A stretch of DNA of 62,779 nt, filler included, from Chiloscyllium plagiosum (Eukaryota): assembly GCF_004010195.1 (NCBI RefSeq). It is 4 parts of one record of this genome, joined end to end, with 100 filler letters (N's around TTAATTAATTAA, not from the genome) between each part and the next. Parts side by side here need not be neighbours in the genome. Positions count along the whole stretch, not along the records: positions 13,379 to 23,886 come from NC_057713.1; positions 23,987 to 54,168 come from NC_057713.1; 2 more parts are not named here. One strand, given 5' to 3'. The stretch's first letter is position 1. Every line of letters starts with the position of its first letter. A program made the translations under genes and the position numbers. Below are positions 23,851 to 35,178 of the stretch, in pieces. Under the pieces are notes generated by a model. The model had not been told where the DNA came from and made no database searches. It saw nothing but the letters and a program-made list of their open reading frames with translations.

Positions 23851-23986
23851 AACAAAAACTTCCAGCTCAGTGAACAGAACCACAGCNNNNNNNNNNNNNN
23901 NNNNNNNNNNNNNNNNNNNNNNNNNNNNNNTTAATTAATTAANNNNNNNNNNNNNNNNNNNNNNNNNNNNNNNNNNNNNNNNNNNN

Positions 23987-24275
23987 CTGGCCCCTCTCCC
24001 CATGAGAACATTCTGCACCCTCTCTGAGACATCCTTGATCCTGGCACCAGGGAAACAACACACCATTCTGCTTTTTCGTTGCTGGCCACAGAAACGTCTG
24101 TCTGCACCTCTGACTACAGAATCCCCTAACACAATTGATCTCTTAGAAGCCAACGTACCCCTCATTGCATTAGAGCCAGTCTCAATACTAGAAACTTGGC
24201 TGTTCGTGCTACATTCCTCTGAGAATCCATCACCCCCTACATTTTCCAAAACTGCATACCTGTTTGAAATGGGTA
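23987..24275 (-). mobile_element. CR1 ORF1 fragment (SGNH/GDSL esterase-like region)
   Basis: NRYAVLE...VLGDSVVRGADRRFCG...VCCFPGARIKDVSER. Confidence 0.85.
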
Positions 24276-24279
24276 TATA

Positions 24280-27200
24280 AGTTGGTAAGACATTATCTTC
24301 CCTGCAGAAAACTATGTTTCCTATCCCTGATAAGCCCATTTTCTTCCAAATGGGAATAGATCCTATCCCTCACTATTTTCTCCAGCAGCTTCCCTACCAC
24401 TGACATCAGGCTCACCAGTCTATAATTATCTGGATTATCCCTGCTACCCTTCTTAAACAAGGGGACAACATTAGCAATTCTCCAGTCCTCTGGTACCTCA
24501 CCCATGTTCAAAGATACTGCAAAGATATTTGGTAAGGCCCCAGCTATTTCCCCTCTCACTTCCCTTAGTTCCTGGGATAGATCCCATCTGGACCTGGGGA
24601 TCATCTTAATACCTTTTAGAATGCCCAACCTTCCTCCCTCCTTATACTGACTTGACCTAGAGTAAACAAAATTCTATCCCAAACCTCAACATCCGTCATG
24701 TCCCTCTCCTCGGTGAATCCCGATGCAAAGTGCTCATTAAAATCTCACCGATTTTCTGACACCACGCATAACTTTCTTCCTTTGTCCTTGACTGGGCCAA
24801 CTCTTTCTTTAGTTACCTTCTTGCTCCTTATACTGTATACGAATAAAAGGCTTTGGGATTTTCCTTAGCCTTGTTTGTAAAGATATTTTATCACCCCTTA
24901 TAGCCCTCTTAATTCCTTGTTTCAAATTGTTCCTACTCTCCCAATATTCTTCCATAGCTTTATCTGTTTTCAATCCCCTTAACCTTATGTATGCTTCCTT
25001 TTCCCTCTTAGCTAGTCTCACAATTTCACCTGTTATCCACGGTTCCCTAATCTTGCCATTTCTATCCCTAATTTTCACAGAGACATGTCTGTCCTGCACT
25101 CTAATCAACCATTCTTTAATAGCCTCCCACATATCAAATATGAATTTAACCTGAAACAGCTGCTCCCAATCCATATTCCCCAGCTCCTATTGAACTTCAC
25201 TATAGTTGGCCTTCCCCCAGTTTAGCACTCTTCTTTTAGATCACTCTCATCTTTGTCCATGAGTATTCTGAAACTTACAGAATTGTGATCACTACTCCCG
25301 AAATAATCCCCTACCGAAACTTCAACCACCTGGCCGGACTCATTCCCCAAAATTAGGTCTAGTATAGCCCCTTCCTAAGTTGGACTATTTATATCCTGCT
25401 GTATAAAGCTCTCCTGAATGCTCCTTACAAATTCTGCTCCATCTAAACCTCTAACACTAAGTGAATCCCAGTCAATGTTGGGAAAATTAAAAGCTCCTGT
25501 CACCACGCCCTGTTGCTCCTACATCCTTCCATAATCTGTTTACATATTTGTACCTCTTTCTCATGCTTACTGTTGGGAAGCCTTTAGTATGCCCCCAACA
25601 TAGTTACCACACCCTTCCTATTTCTGAACTCTGCCCATGTTGCCTCACTGCTCAAGTCCTCCATAGTGCCCTCCTTCAGCACAGCTGTGATATCCTCTCT
25701 GACCAGTCATGCAACTTCTCCACCCTTTATACCTCCCTCTCTATCCTGCCTGAAGCATCTATATCCTGGGATATTTAGTTGCCAATCTTGCCCTTCCCTC
25801 AAACAAGTCTCAGTAATAGCAAGAACATCATACTCCAAGGTACTAATCCAAACCCAAAGTTCATCTGCCTTGCCTACTACACTTCTCGTGTTAAAACAAA
25901 TGCACCTCAGATCACCAGTCCCTTTGCGTTCATCATCTGCTCCTTGCCTACTCTTCCCCTTAGTCATTCTAACTTCATGATCTCGTTCTTTACAGGCTTT
26001 AGTTACTACCTCCTTACTGTCCACTAATCTCCTTATTTGGTTCCCGTCCCCTGCCACATAAGTTTAAACCCTCCCCAACAGTGTTAGCAAAAGCACCCCC
26101 TAGGACATTGGTTCCAGTCCTGTTCAGGTGTAGACCGTCCAATTTGTAATAGTCCCACCTTCCCTACAACCAGTCCCAGTGTCCCAAAAGTCTGAACCCC
26201 TCCCTCCTGCACTATCCCTCAAGCTACGCAATCATCCTGTTTTTCTTTCATTTCTACTCTGATTATCACATGGCACTGGGAGCAATCTTGAGATTACTAC
26301 CTCTGAGGTCCTAGTTTTTACCTTGGCTCCTAACTCCCTAAATTCTGCTTGTAGGACATCATCCCAATTTTTACCCATATCATTGGTGGCTATATACTGA
26401 CTGTTCACTCTCCCCTTTCAGAATGTTCTACAGTTGTTCTGAGACATCCCTGACCCATGCACCTGGGAAGTAACACACCATTCGGGAGTCTCGTTTTTGA
26501 CCACAGAACTGCCTATCTACTCCCCTTACAATTAAATCTCCTCTGACTATAGCCCTTCCACTCGTTTTCCTGCCATATGGTACCATGAACCTGGCTACTG
26601 TTGCCTTCCCCTGGTGAGCCACTTGCTCCAACAGTATCCAAAATGGTATACCTGTTTTGGAAGGAGATGACCGCAGGAACACCTACACTGCTTTCCTGCT
26701 CTTTCTCTGCCTTTTGGTAATCCATTTCCTTTCTTCCTCAACAATCCTAATCTGCAATGTGACCAATTCGGTAAATGTGCTATCCATGACCTCCTCAGCA
26801 TCACGGGTGCTCCAGAGTGAGTCCATCTGCAGTTCCAGAGTCATCATACATTCTAACAAGAGCTGCAGCTGGACACACTTACTGCACATGAAGGAGTCAC
26901 GGGTCTGAGATCTCCTGCCATTTTTGCTCTTAAACTAACTTACTCCAACTATAATATCAAATAATAGATAAGTGAAAAAAGAAATTTTTTTACCAATCAC
27001 ACAATAAAAAATAAATTGAAAAGCCTTACCTTATCTACACACCACAGTCTTTTTTTCTCGTTAGTGGAGGAGGGCAGGTGGAGATACTACATGTGTAGTG
27101 TCTCAGCTTTAGCTACTGCCCAAATATATCTGTTCACTCACCTTCCCAGAGTGCAGTTCAACCGTTCCCACTTAGTTCCTCATTCTCACCGCTTCTGCTG

Positions 27201-27300
27201 CAAAATGGAGGCCGTTGGCACTCGAGGTAAGTCCTTTTGAAGGGAAATTTAATTCCGAGCAGCTCCCGGTCCTCGGTGTCACTGCTCCCACTGCTGCTAC
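24280..27300 (-). mobile_element. 5' half of a degenerate CR1 LINE: 5'UTR, ORF1 (zinc finger/coiled coil, esterase), APE endonuclease, start of RT
   Basis: CSKCVQLQLL, GDLIVRGVDRQFCG, CFNTRSVVGKADEL...YDVLAITET and VPEDWRIANVVPLFKKG occur in the expected order on the minus strand, with multiple frameshifts. Confidence 0.9.
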
Positions 27301-27559
27301 AAAATGGAGTGAATAAAAATTTCAGGAAAGGATGGGAAAATGTATTTATGATTGCAAAACTCAAAGCCCACCATGGTTCATAAACCATTTGATTTTCAGT
27401 CCCTGCTAAATGTTATCTTCCTAAACAAATAAGAATAAATTAACTTTATTCTTTTGGTCATCATTCTATTGATTGTCACAAATACTAATCATGTTCAAGT
27501 CATGTTCTGTATTAAAAGCTAAATTGCCCAAATAATTAAATATCCAATTCATTTCTCAG

Positions 27560-27631
27560 GTGACTACATTGGATTGGACAAAAGCAGTGAGGAGTTACAC
27601 AGTCTATGAAATTATGTGCAAAATTCTTAAG
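27560..27631 (+). CDS. SNTG1: Gamma-1 syntrophin internal exon (PH region): VTTLDWTKAVRSYTVYEIMCKILK
   Basis: Acceptor tttctcAG, donor AAG|GTATGA, 72 nt, phase 0-0. Matches the recalled human SNTG1 VTTWDWTRAEKTFSVYEIMCKILK. Not in the ORF track. Confidence 0.92.
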
Positions 27632-27859
27632 GTATGAGCAAATAGACTGTTGGTATTTACAGGACTGTGCTAATGTGCTATTTTAATTACCAACAAACAT
27701 GACTCAGAACAGTGTATAAATCCATGGAATTTCAAAGTATTGCCAATGAGCTGTTTTAGTCTTTGAAGCTTATGCCATCTTATGACAAATGAAGCAGACA
27801 GGCCACATGCTTCTGTCTCTTTCTGCTGAACATACTACCCTGCAGGAGGTTCACCAGAC

Positions 27860-30340
27860 GTTAGCTTGTAGAATACCACTGCACGAACATGGCAGAGAAT
27901 GGAAAATGACAGAGAGGGTAGAATAGCCTTTCTGATCAGAGACAAAATCACTTCAATAGTAAGAGGGGATAGAAATGAGGAAAAGTAAAGGATGTAAAAC
28001 TGTAATTGGTGTTGTATATCAAACCCCCTACTAGCAGCTCTGAAGTGCTAAATTGTATAAATGCAGAAATTCAACAAATGTGTAACAAAAACAGTCGTAT
28101 CATTCGGCGATTTTATATTTAACATAGATTTGGGGAGGCAGATAAGCACCTGTCAAAAAGGCGGTAAGTTTCTGAAGTGTGTCCAAGATAGTTCCCTACA
28201 ACAATATGACCTGAATGCAACAGAGGGACAAGTAATATTGGATTTAGTACTGAGCAGAATTTAATTAGTAATCTAATTGTGTGTGAACATTTATCAAATA
28301 GTGATTGTAACATTCTGGAGTTCAGTGTAGCATTTATCACTAGAATTTTAGGAAGCGAGATGAGACAGCAGTAAAATGGGCTAATGGGTGAAGAAAAGTG
28401 GAGTATGTTTAAAGAAAATTTAATGCAATGCAGAACCAGTTTAGACACCTGAAAGGGAAAAGCTGCACTACAGACATTGACATTTTAAAGATAAAAGACA
28501 GAATAAAACTAGACAAAAGGACTTACAAAATCACAAAATCAGTACAAATCCTGGTGAATGACAAAAGATATATACTCCAGCAAATGGCCACAAAGCAGAT
28601 TATAAGAGATACTGAAAGGGATTATGAAAGGAAACTTTTAGGGGACACAAAATTAATAAGAAAACATTTATTTAGTTACGAAAAGAAAAAACAAGTGGTC
28701 GGAACAATTTTCGCCCATTAAGGATAGAAAGTGGCAATATTGTCAATACCTATGGGGAAATGGCAGACATGTTGAATAATAACATTACCTCAGTATTTAC
28801 AGTATAAAAGGAGGCTTGCTTACCAGAAATACAGAGCAAATTAATCACGGATCGGAGTCAAAATAAAATTAAAGTAAGTAAAACAATGATAATGATGAAA
28901 TTAAAGAATAACAAATCCACAGGACATGGCAGTTTCCATCTGAGGGTGTTAAAGGAAATATTGTAGATGCCTTCATGATAATCTTTCAGAGTTCCCTAGA
29001 TTCAGGAATCATCTCTTTGGATTGGAAAATTGAACAGTTACTCCGTTTTTAGGAAGGATGAAAGAAGAAAACCAGGAAATTACAGATCAGTTCGACAAAC
29101 ATCTGTGGTGGGGAAATTGTTGGATATAATCAAAGATAGGCTAATTGAATACATCAAAAATGTTCAGCTAATCAGGGAGATCCAAGATGGATTCATGACA
29201 GGTAGTTCATGCCTGACAAACCCTATTTAATTTTTTGACCAAAGTTATGAACAGGAAAAAGTCTATGGATATTGTTTATGTGGACTTGGAGAAGACCTTT
29301 AATAAAGTCCCACATAAAAGATTGTTAACTAAGGTAGAAGCCCACAGAATTGAAGGCAAGTTATTGACATGGCTGGAGAATTGGTTGAGTGGCAGATGAC
29401 AGAAAGTAGTCAAACTCTCTGTGACTAGTGACCTCCCACAAGGATCTGTGTTAGGGCCTCAATTATTCACCTTATTTATTAACCATTTGGATAAAGACAT
29501 AGGAAGTTATACATCCAAATTTTCTGATGGCACAAAATTAGGCAGCATTATAGACACTTATAGATGGTAGCACAAAATTACAAAGGGATATCGATAGACT
29601 AGGCGAACAGGCATAATTGTGGCAGGTGGATTTCAGTGTAAGCAAATGTGAAATTGTCCATTTTAGTCTGAAAAGAGGATGGATCAGGGACCTCCAGGAT
29701 GGTATGAAGTTGAATACACTGGATGTCCAAAGAAACTTGGGGGTTCATGTGCACAGATCTTTAAAATGCCACAAACAGGTGCAGAAAGTAATGGCCTATA
29801 TATCTGGAGGACTGGAGTATAAGGATGCAGAAGTTATGCTGTAGTTATACAAAACTCTGGTTAGACCCCACTTAGAGTACTGTGAGCAGACCAGAGCATC
29901 ACACCTTAGGAAGGTTATATTGCCCTTGGAGGGAGTACCATGTAGGTTTACAAAAATGAAATCTGGACTACAGGAGAGATCTTACAAATTAAGCCTATTT
30001 TCTGTGGAATTTAGAAGATCAAGGAGTGATCCAATTGAAGTCTTCAAGATATTACAGGGAAAGATAGGGTTGATAAAGGTAGATTATTTGCACAGTATGG
30101 AGATTCTAGAACGAGGGGACATAAGGCCAAAAGTAGGGCCAAACTGTTCGGAATAGATACTAGGAAGCACTTCAATGCACAAAGGCTGGTAGAGGTGACA
30201 GAGGTATTAAAGAATAAGGTCCAAAGGAGGTATATGGAGTTAGATCACAGATCAGCCATGATCTCTTCGAATGGCAGAACAAGCTCAAGGGGCTGAATGG
30301 CCTACTCCTGTTCCTTTGTTCCATTTGTTCCTATGTTCTA
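27860..30340 (+). mobile_element. Old CR1-clade LINE, most of ORF2 plus 3'UTR
   Basis: GDF/NID and ILDLVLS (endonuclease), PGNYRSV, PQGSVLGP and FSDGTK (RT), and tail gggctgaatggcctactcctgttcct; many stops. Confidence 0.85.
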
Positions 30341-33127
30341 TGTCCACAATAAGAAAGCTGACGAGGAGACTGTCGAGTTCTTATCACCTGTTGTAGGAAT
30401 ATTAGAAGGATTTGCAGGTTAATAATTTCTATGGTCATGAAGTCACGGAGTTGGGACTGAAATCAAGAGCTTCTGGATCAGAAGCAGAAGCAGTATCCTC
30501 TGCATGACAAAATTTTCTCTCCAGCTATCATTGCTACTTCAAGTATTACCTTATTCATTTAATTTAATGGCTGAAGGAAATCTGAATGTTCAGGAACATA
30601 TTCATTACTGTATGTTGCTGATATGAAGTTTTTGTGCATTCATATTCAAAAAAGCTTCATTATTAAATTTTTATTGCTTAGGTTCTGTTTTGTCAAAGGT
30701 GAAACTTGAGCAGTAACTGAAAGGCAGAGTTTGTTGTATTTTATTTAGTTTTTGTGCAGTAGAGGGATGTTCTGAAAGATAATGCTTTGTAGCTTTAAAA
30801 CAGTTTTGTAAGCAAAACTGACTGAATTAATCTATTAATAGATTTCCTTTACACTTGTTTATCACTTTTAAATTTAGGAACTTGTTCCAACACTTTAACT
30901 GAGTTTGCTATATTATGAAGTGTTGAAAATCTTTTATCTTTTATAACCACATCTAAGAGTCTTTGAGAGATAAAGTCAGGTTGCAGGGATGTAGGCATAA
31001 GGAAACCACAGCCCAAAGAAGTATTTTATGCATTTTTTTTGTTAAGGAGTAAAGAAGTATTTGAGGAAAATGGCGATCATCATAGCTTGCTGTTGCTCAT
31101 TTAATAGGCATTCATAATTGTCAGTATTTGCAGGTGGCCTTGAGGTACAGAGCTCATGGAGTTTCAAGGTCATTCTAAAGCATGAAAAAGTGACTTTGCA
31201 ACTCTGTGGACAGTTATTGTAATGATGAATGAGTTTTTAACTTATGACCGAGAGAATGTGTGTCCTGCATGTTAACCATTCACTATATTTTCTGGAAGTA
31301 ATGACAATAAAATAAAATAATTTCAGTGACAACCACGAATATGGGAAAATCTTAGCAGCACAATCAGGGAAAACATTTGAATATTGAGGATTCAAATTGT
31401 TATTGTTTGTTTTACATTAGGAGCTTTACTTCAGCTGGAAAAAAACAGATTCATTGAGATCTCCCACATCGTTGCCCAGAGCTATGATTAGCCATTAGCT
31501 TTACTTTCTCTCTTCTGTTTGGCAAAACTTCCGAACTTCTACAGAACTTAATTAAAGTTAAGCTTACTTTTAATGTTAATTTAACATGAAGCTTAAATAA
31601 ATGAATTTTCTAAATAGTATAATTACCTGAGATCAGTCATTGCGTAAATCACATTAAAAAATTCTGTTAAAATCTGCAAATAATGCATTGTACGCACTAG
31701 AAGTAATGTTATTATGGACAATTACATGGCATTTCTTACACGGAGAAAAGTGGTTTTATCCATCCAGGCCATATTGCTATTTCTACATGAGCAGCAAACC
31801 TTTCTGTGCCTATCCTAAACCTTTGCTTCTCATGATGCTCTTTGTCCTTACTTCTTTCAAGACCTTGTTAGCCTATTGCTAAATTTTCAGCTACCTGCTT
31901 CTTTGGGAATCAGTGGTTCAAAATGCGATGAAGGCATCAAGACATCAACGTTTCCAGGCAAGTCTGCAAGTAGACAAGCAGCGAACACATCTATTTTAAC
32001 TACAAGTCAGCTTAAATATACACCTCTATTTTTATAAAAGCTTTAAGACCCTTTTTTGCAGTTTTCATGCTCAAATCGGCAGACTGTTCAATGTACAGCA
32101 TAACTGGCAGTCCTTACTGCTCAGATTTGTTTCAAGATGATTTTGTGGGGCAATTAAACAGAACTTCCTGCTGGCTGATGAAAGATGTGAGTCAGTCAAT
32201 TTCTCATTCACCTCCCCCAAACCCTCTGACCTAGGGTAGAGCATTTATTTGCTGTCTTTAACTCATCGATGGTACTTCAATAAATCCCCTACCATTGGGT
32301 AAAGCCCTAACTCCATTCATTTCACATGTAGTTGAAGCAGCAATCAAGCTTTCCCAACATGGTCTCTATTTCTGTCACCAACTCTAGAGTGTTCTACAGC
32401 CTGAAAATCCTTTAGAAAGATGTTTTGTTTTACCATCTGTCTTTAATCATTCATAGCTAAGCATATATTTATGTCCCACTATTCTAGATTACTGCACTTT
32501 TTCTATCGAAACTATTCGATCGCTTCAGAATTTTAAAAAACTCTCTATAAAAAAGATGAATAATACCAACTCTAATTGTACAAGTGTGTTTTTATTTGCA
32601 TTTCTACAAACCAGTCAATATCCCAGTAAATTTGTGATGCATCATTTTTATTGTCTCAATATCTTTCCTGTTATTTGGAAACTAGGACGACATGCAGTAC
32701 TCCAACTGTGGCATAACAAATGTTTTGTGATGATGTATCGCGATAGCTCAGATTTTATATTTGGTATCTTTTCTCATTAAATCAAGTAGTGAAAAGCAGC
32801 CCACTCAAGTAGTAAGTTTGAAATATTAACCTTTCCTTTATAAAGCTGGCTTCCATGATACAACGCTGTACTAAAAAAAAAACAATTACAGCTAATATTT
32901 GACCGGTGGGAAAAGAGAAAGGCACACATCATTTTTCACCACAATAATGCCAAGTGCAAGCAGCATGCAGCAGGCAGTCTCACCTCCTCCAATGTTCAGC
33001 TTAGAACTGAAACATTAGCAATGTGTCTGCATCAAAACTTGTGCTTGTGGTTTATGTCTTTAATAATTGTATTAGGTGAAAACATTAATTGATGTATGCC
33101 AGATTATATAACTTTAGTTTTCATCAG

Positions 33128-33280
33128 GACAGTGACCTGTGGGACCGGCGGAAACACTGTTTTAGTGTTCAGACAGAAAATGGAGAGGACCTTATCTTCA
33201 GTGTGGAATTAGAATATGAACTTATTCTCTGGGAAAAGGCCTTTCAGATGGCAACCTTCCTGGAGGTGGAACGAATACAG
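33128..33280 (+). CDS. SNTG1: Gamma-1 syntrophin internal exon: DSDLWDRRKHCFSVQTENGEDLIFSVELEYELILWEKAFQMATFLEVERIQ
   Basis: Acceptor ttttcatcAG, donor CAG|GTACTA, 153 nt, phase 0-0. Continues directly from ILK of the previous exon, as in human SNTG1. Confidence 0.95.
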
Positions 33281-33469
33281 GTACTACCAGAACTAAGCTT
33301 TTGGAGATATATATAAATGCGATTCATGCTCCTTTTAGTTCGTATGCATTGCATTCCCCAGTATTTGGAAGTTATTTTGATAATTCTACCAACATATGAA
33401 ATATTAAGTTTCCGTGAACAGTTTCCAATTACCTGAGAACAAGACCATCCCTCTTTTGATGAGAATTGC

Positions 33470-33597
33470 CCATAGTGTTCAGGGATAAATGTAGAGGAAT
33501 GGGTTTGGTTGGGATACTCTTCAGAGGGTTGGTGTGGACTTGTTGGGCCAAAGGGGCTATTTCCACAGAGTAGGGATTCTATGATTCTAATTCTAAT
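33470..33597 (+). mobile_element. HE1 SINE 3' fragment
   Basis: gtgtggacttgttgggcc...tttccaca tail shared with the other copies. Confidence 0.75.
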
Positions 33598-35178
33598 TGT
33601 AGCTGTTTTGCAAACATTTGTGATTTCAGTCATGATGAATTCATTATACGCAATCTATTTACACTTGAACATAATAGAAATGAGAGAGGAGGAAATTTTC
33701 CCTCTATTCCTATTTCTCCTGACGAATCATAGCATTAAAAGATGACAATTTATAGATTATTAACAACAGCAGAAGATTTGCCAAGGTTAATCTGGTGTTG
33801 TTAGCACATGTGGTGTCACATATTCTTACAGTTAATTTAAATGCATTAGGTAACCTGCAGAGAACAGCTAAGGGTCTTTAGAAACAAGAAAGGAGTTCTA
33901 ATCCAGCAAGTGTGTTATTTTTATTTTTAAAGTAGACTTAAAGTTCAAACATTTGCTTTCCTGAATAAATCAAAATGCTTTTGGTGATGTAAAAAAAAAC
34001 TTCTGTCACTGGAATCTCTCATAAATCCAGCAAACTACAAGGGGTGCAAACATTGTCAGATTCAGCTGACAAATTGCTTTTAGATTCCCTGCTGATGTTA
34101 GTGGCTGCTCAGCAAGTGTAATGCATTCAGTTCACAATCTTTTCTTTTTCAATGAATGCTCAAAATGACAATAAAAGGAACAGACATTTGCAACAAACAG
34201 GGATAGACAGTGCAAAACGGGTGGTATTTTAAAATTTTTATTTCTTTGGAAGCCAATGGCACTACAGGATCAAGTGCACAACAGAACATTGCAACAAAGA
34301 ACAAATGTTGCTCACTGATACAGAAGTAGAGTCATTGAGTTGGTTTGGGGGGTGTGGGGGGCAGGGAGTGATTCGACAGTTCAATTGAAATTACAGCTGA
34401 GCTGAACTAAATAATCGTTGAAAATAAATAGCAGCAGCAGGCTAATAGTTTTAGAAAAAAGCTTAAAGCTAGAGCTTTACTTTCGAATAAATGTATTTAG
34501 TCAGCACATTTTCTGTGTAATTCTATGGCCAATATGAATCTTTCATAATCTGGTGAGACATTGCCCACATATACCCAGACCTGAAGTGGAAACTTTGGTG
34601 GGAAGATGGAAGGGCATCTATGTCATGTTCTTAGGATATGCCCCCTCCTGAAACTGAGACCTGGGGAGGGATGTCAATNNNNNNNNNNNNNNNNNNNNNN
34701 NNNNNNNNNNNNNNNNNNNNNNNNNNNNNNNNNNNNNNNNNNNNNNNNNNNNNNNNNNNNNNNNNNNNNNNNNNNNNNNNNNNNNNNNNNNNNNNNNNNN
34801 NNNNNNNNNNNNNNNNNNNNNNNNNNNNNNNNNNNNNNNNNNNNNNNNNNNNNNNNNNNNNNNNNNNNNNNNNNNNNNNNNNNNNNNNNNNNNNNNNNNN
34901 NNNNNNNNNNNNNNNNNNNNNNNNNNNNNNNNNNNNNNNNNNNNNNNNNNNNNNNNNNNNNNNNNNNNNNNNNNNNNNNNNNNNNNNNNNNNNNNNNNNN
35001 NNNNNNNNNNNNNNNNNNNNNNNNNNNNNNNNNNNNNNNNNNNNNNNNNNNNNNNNNNNNNNNNNNNNNNNNNNNNNNNNNNNNNNNNNNNNNNNNNNNN
35101 NNNNNNNNNNNNNNNNNNNNNNNNNNNNNNNNNNNNNNNNNNNNNNNNNNNNNNNNNNNNNNNNNNNNNNNNNNNNNN

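Larger units (their letters stand above)
23232..23886. mobile_element. Penelope-like element ends in inverted arrangement (GIY-YIG C-terminus plus pLTR), arms ~305 bp, centre ~23581
   Basis: Peptide FDWDNTTIIGQAKQRTAREFLEAWHSSTNSINKHIDLDPIY is typical of the Penelope GIY-YIG C-terminus. The two arms are near reverse complements. Confidence 0.85.
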
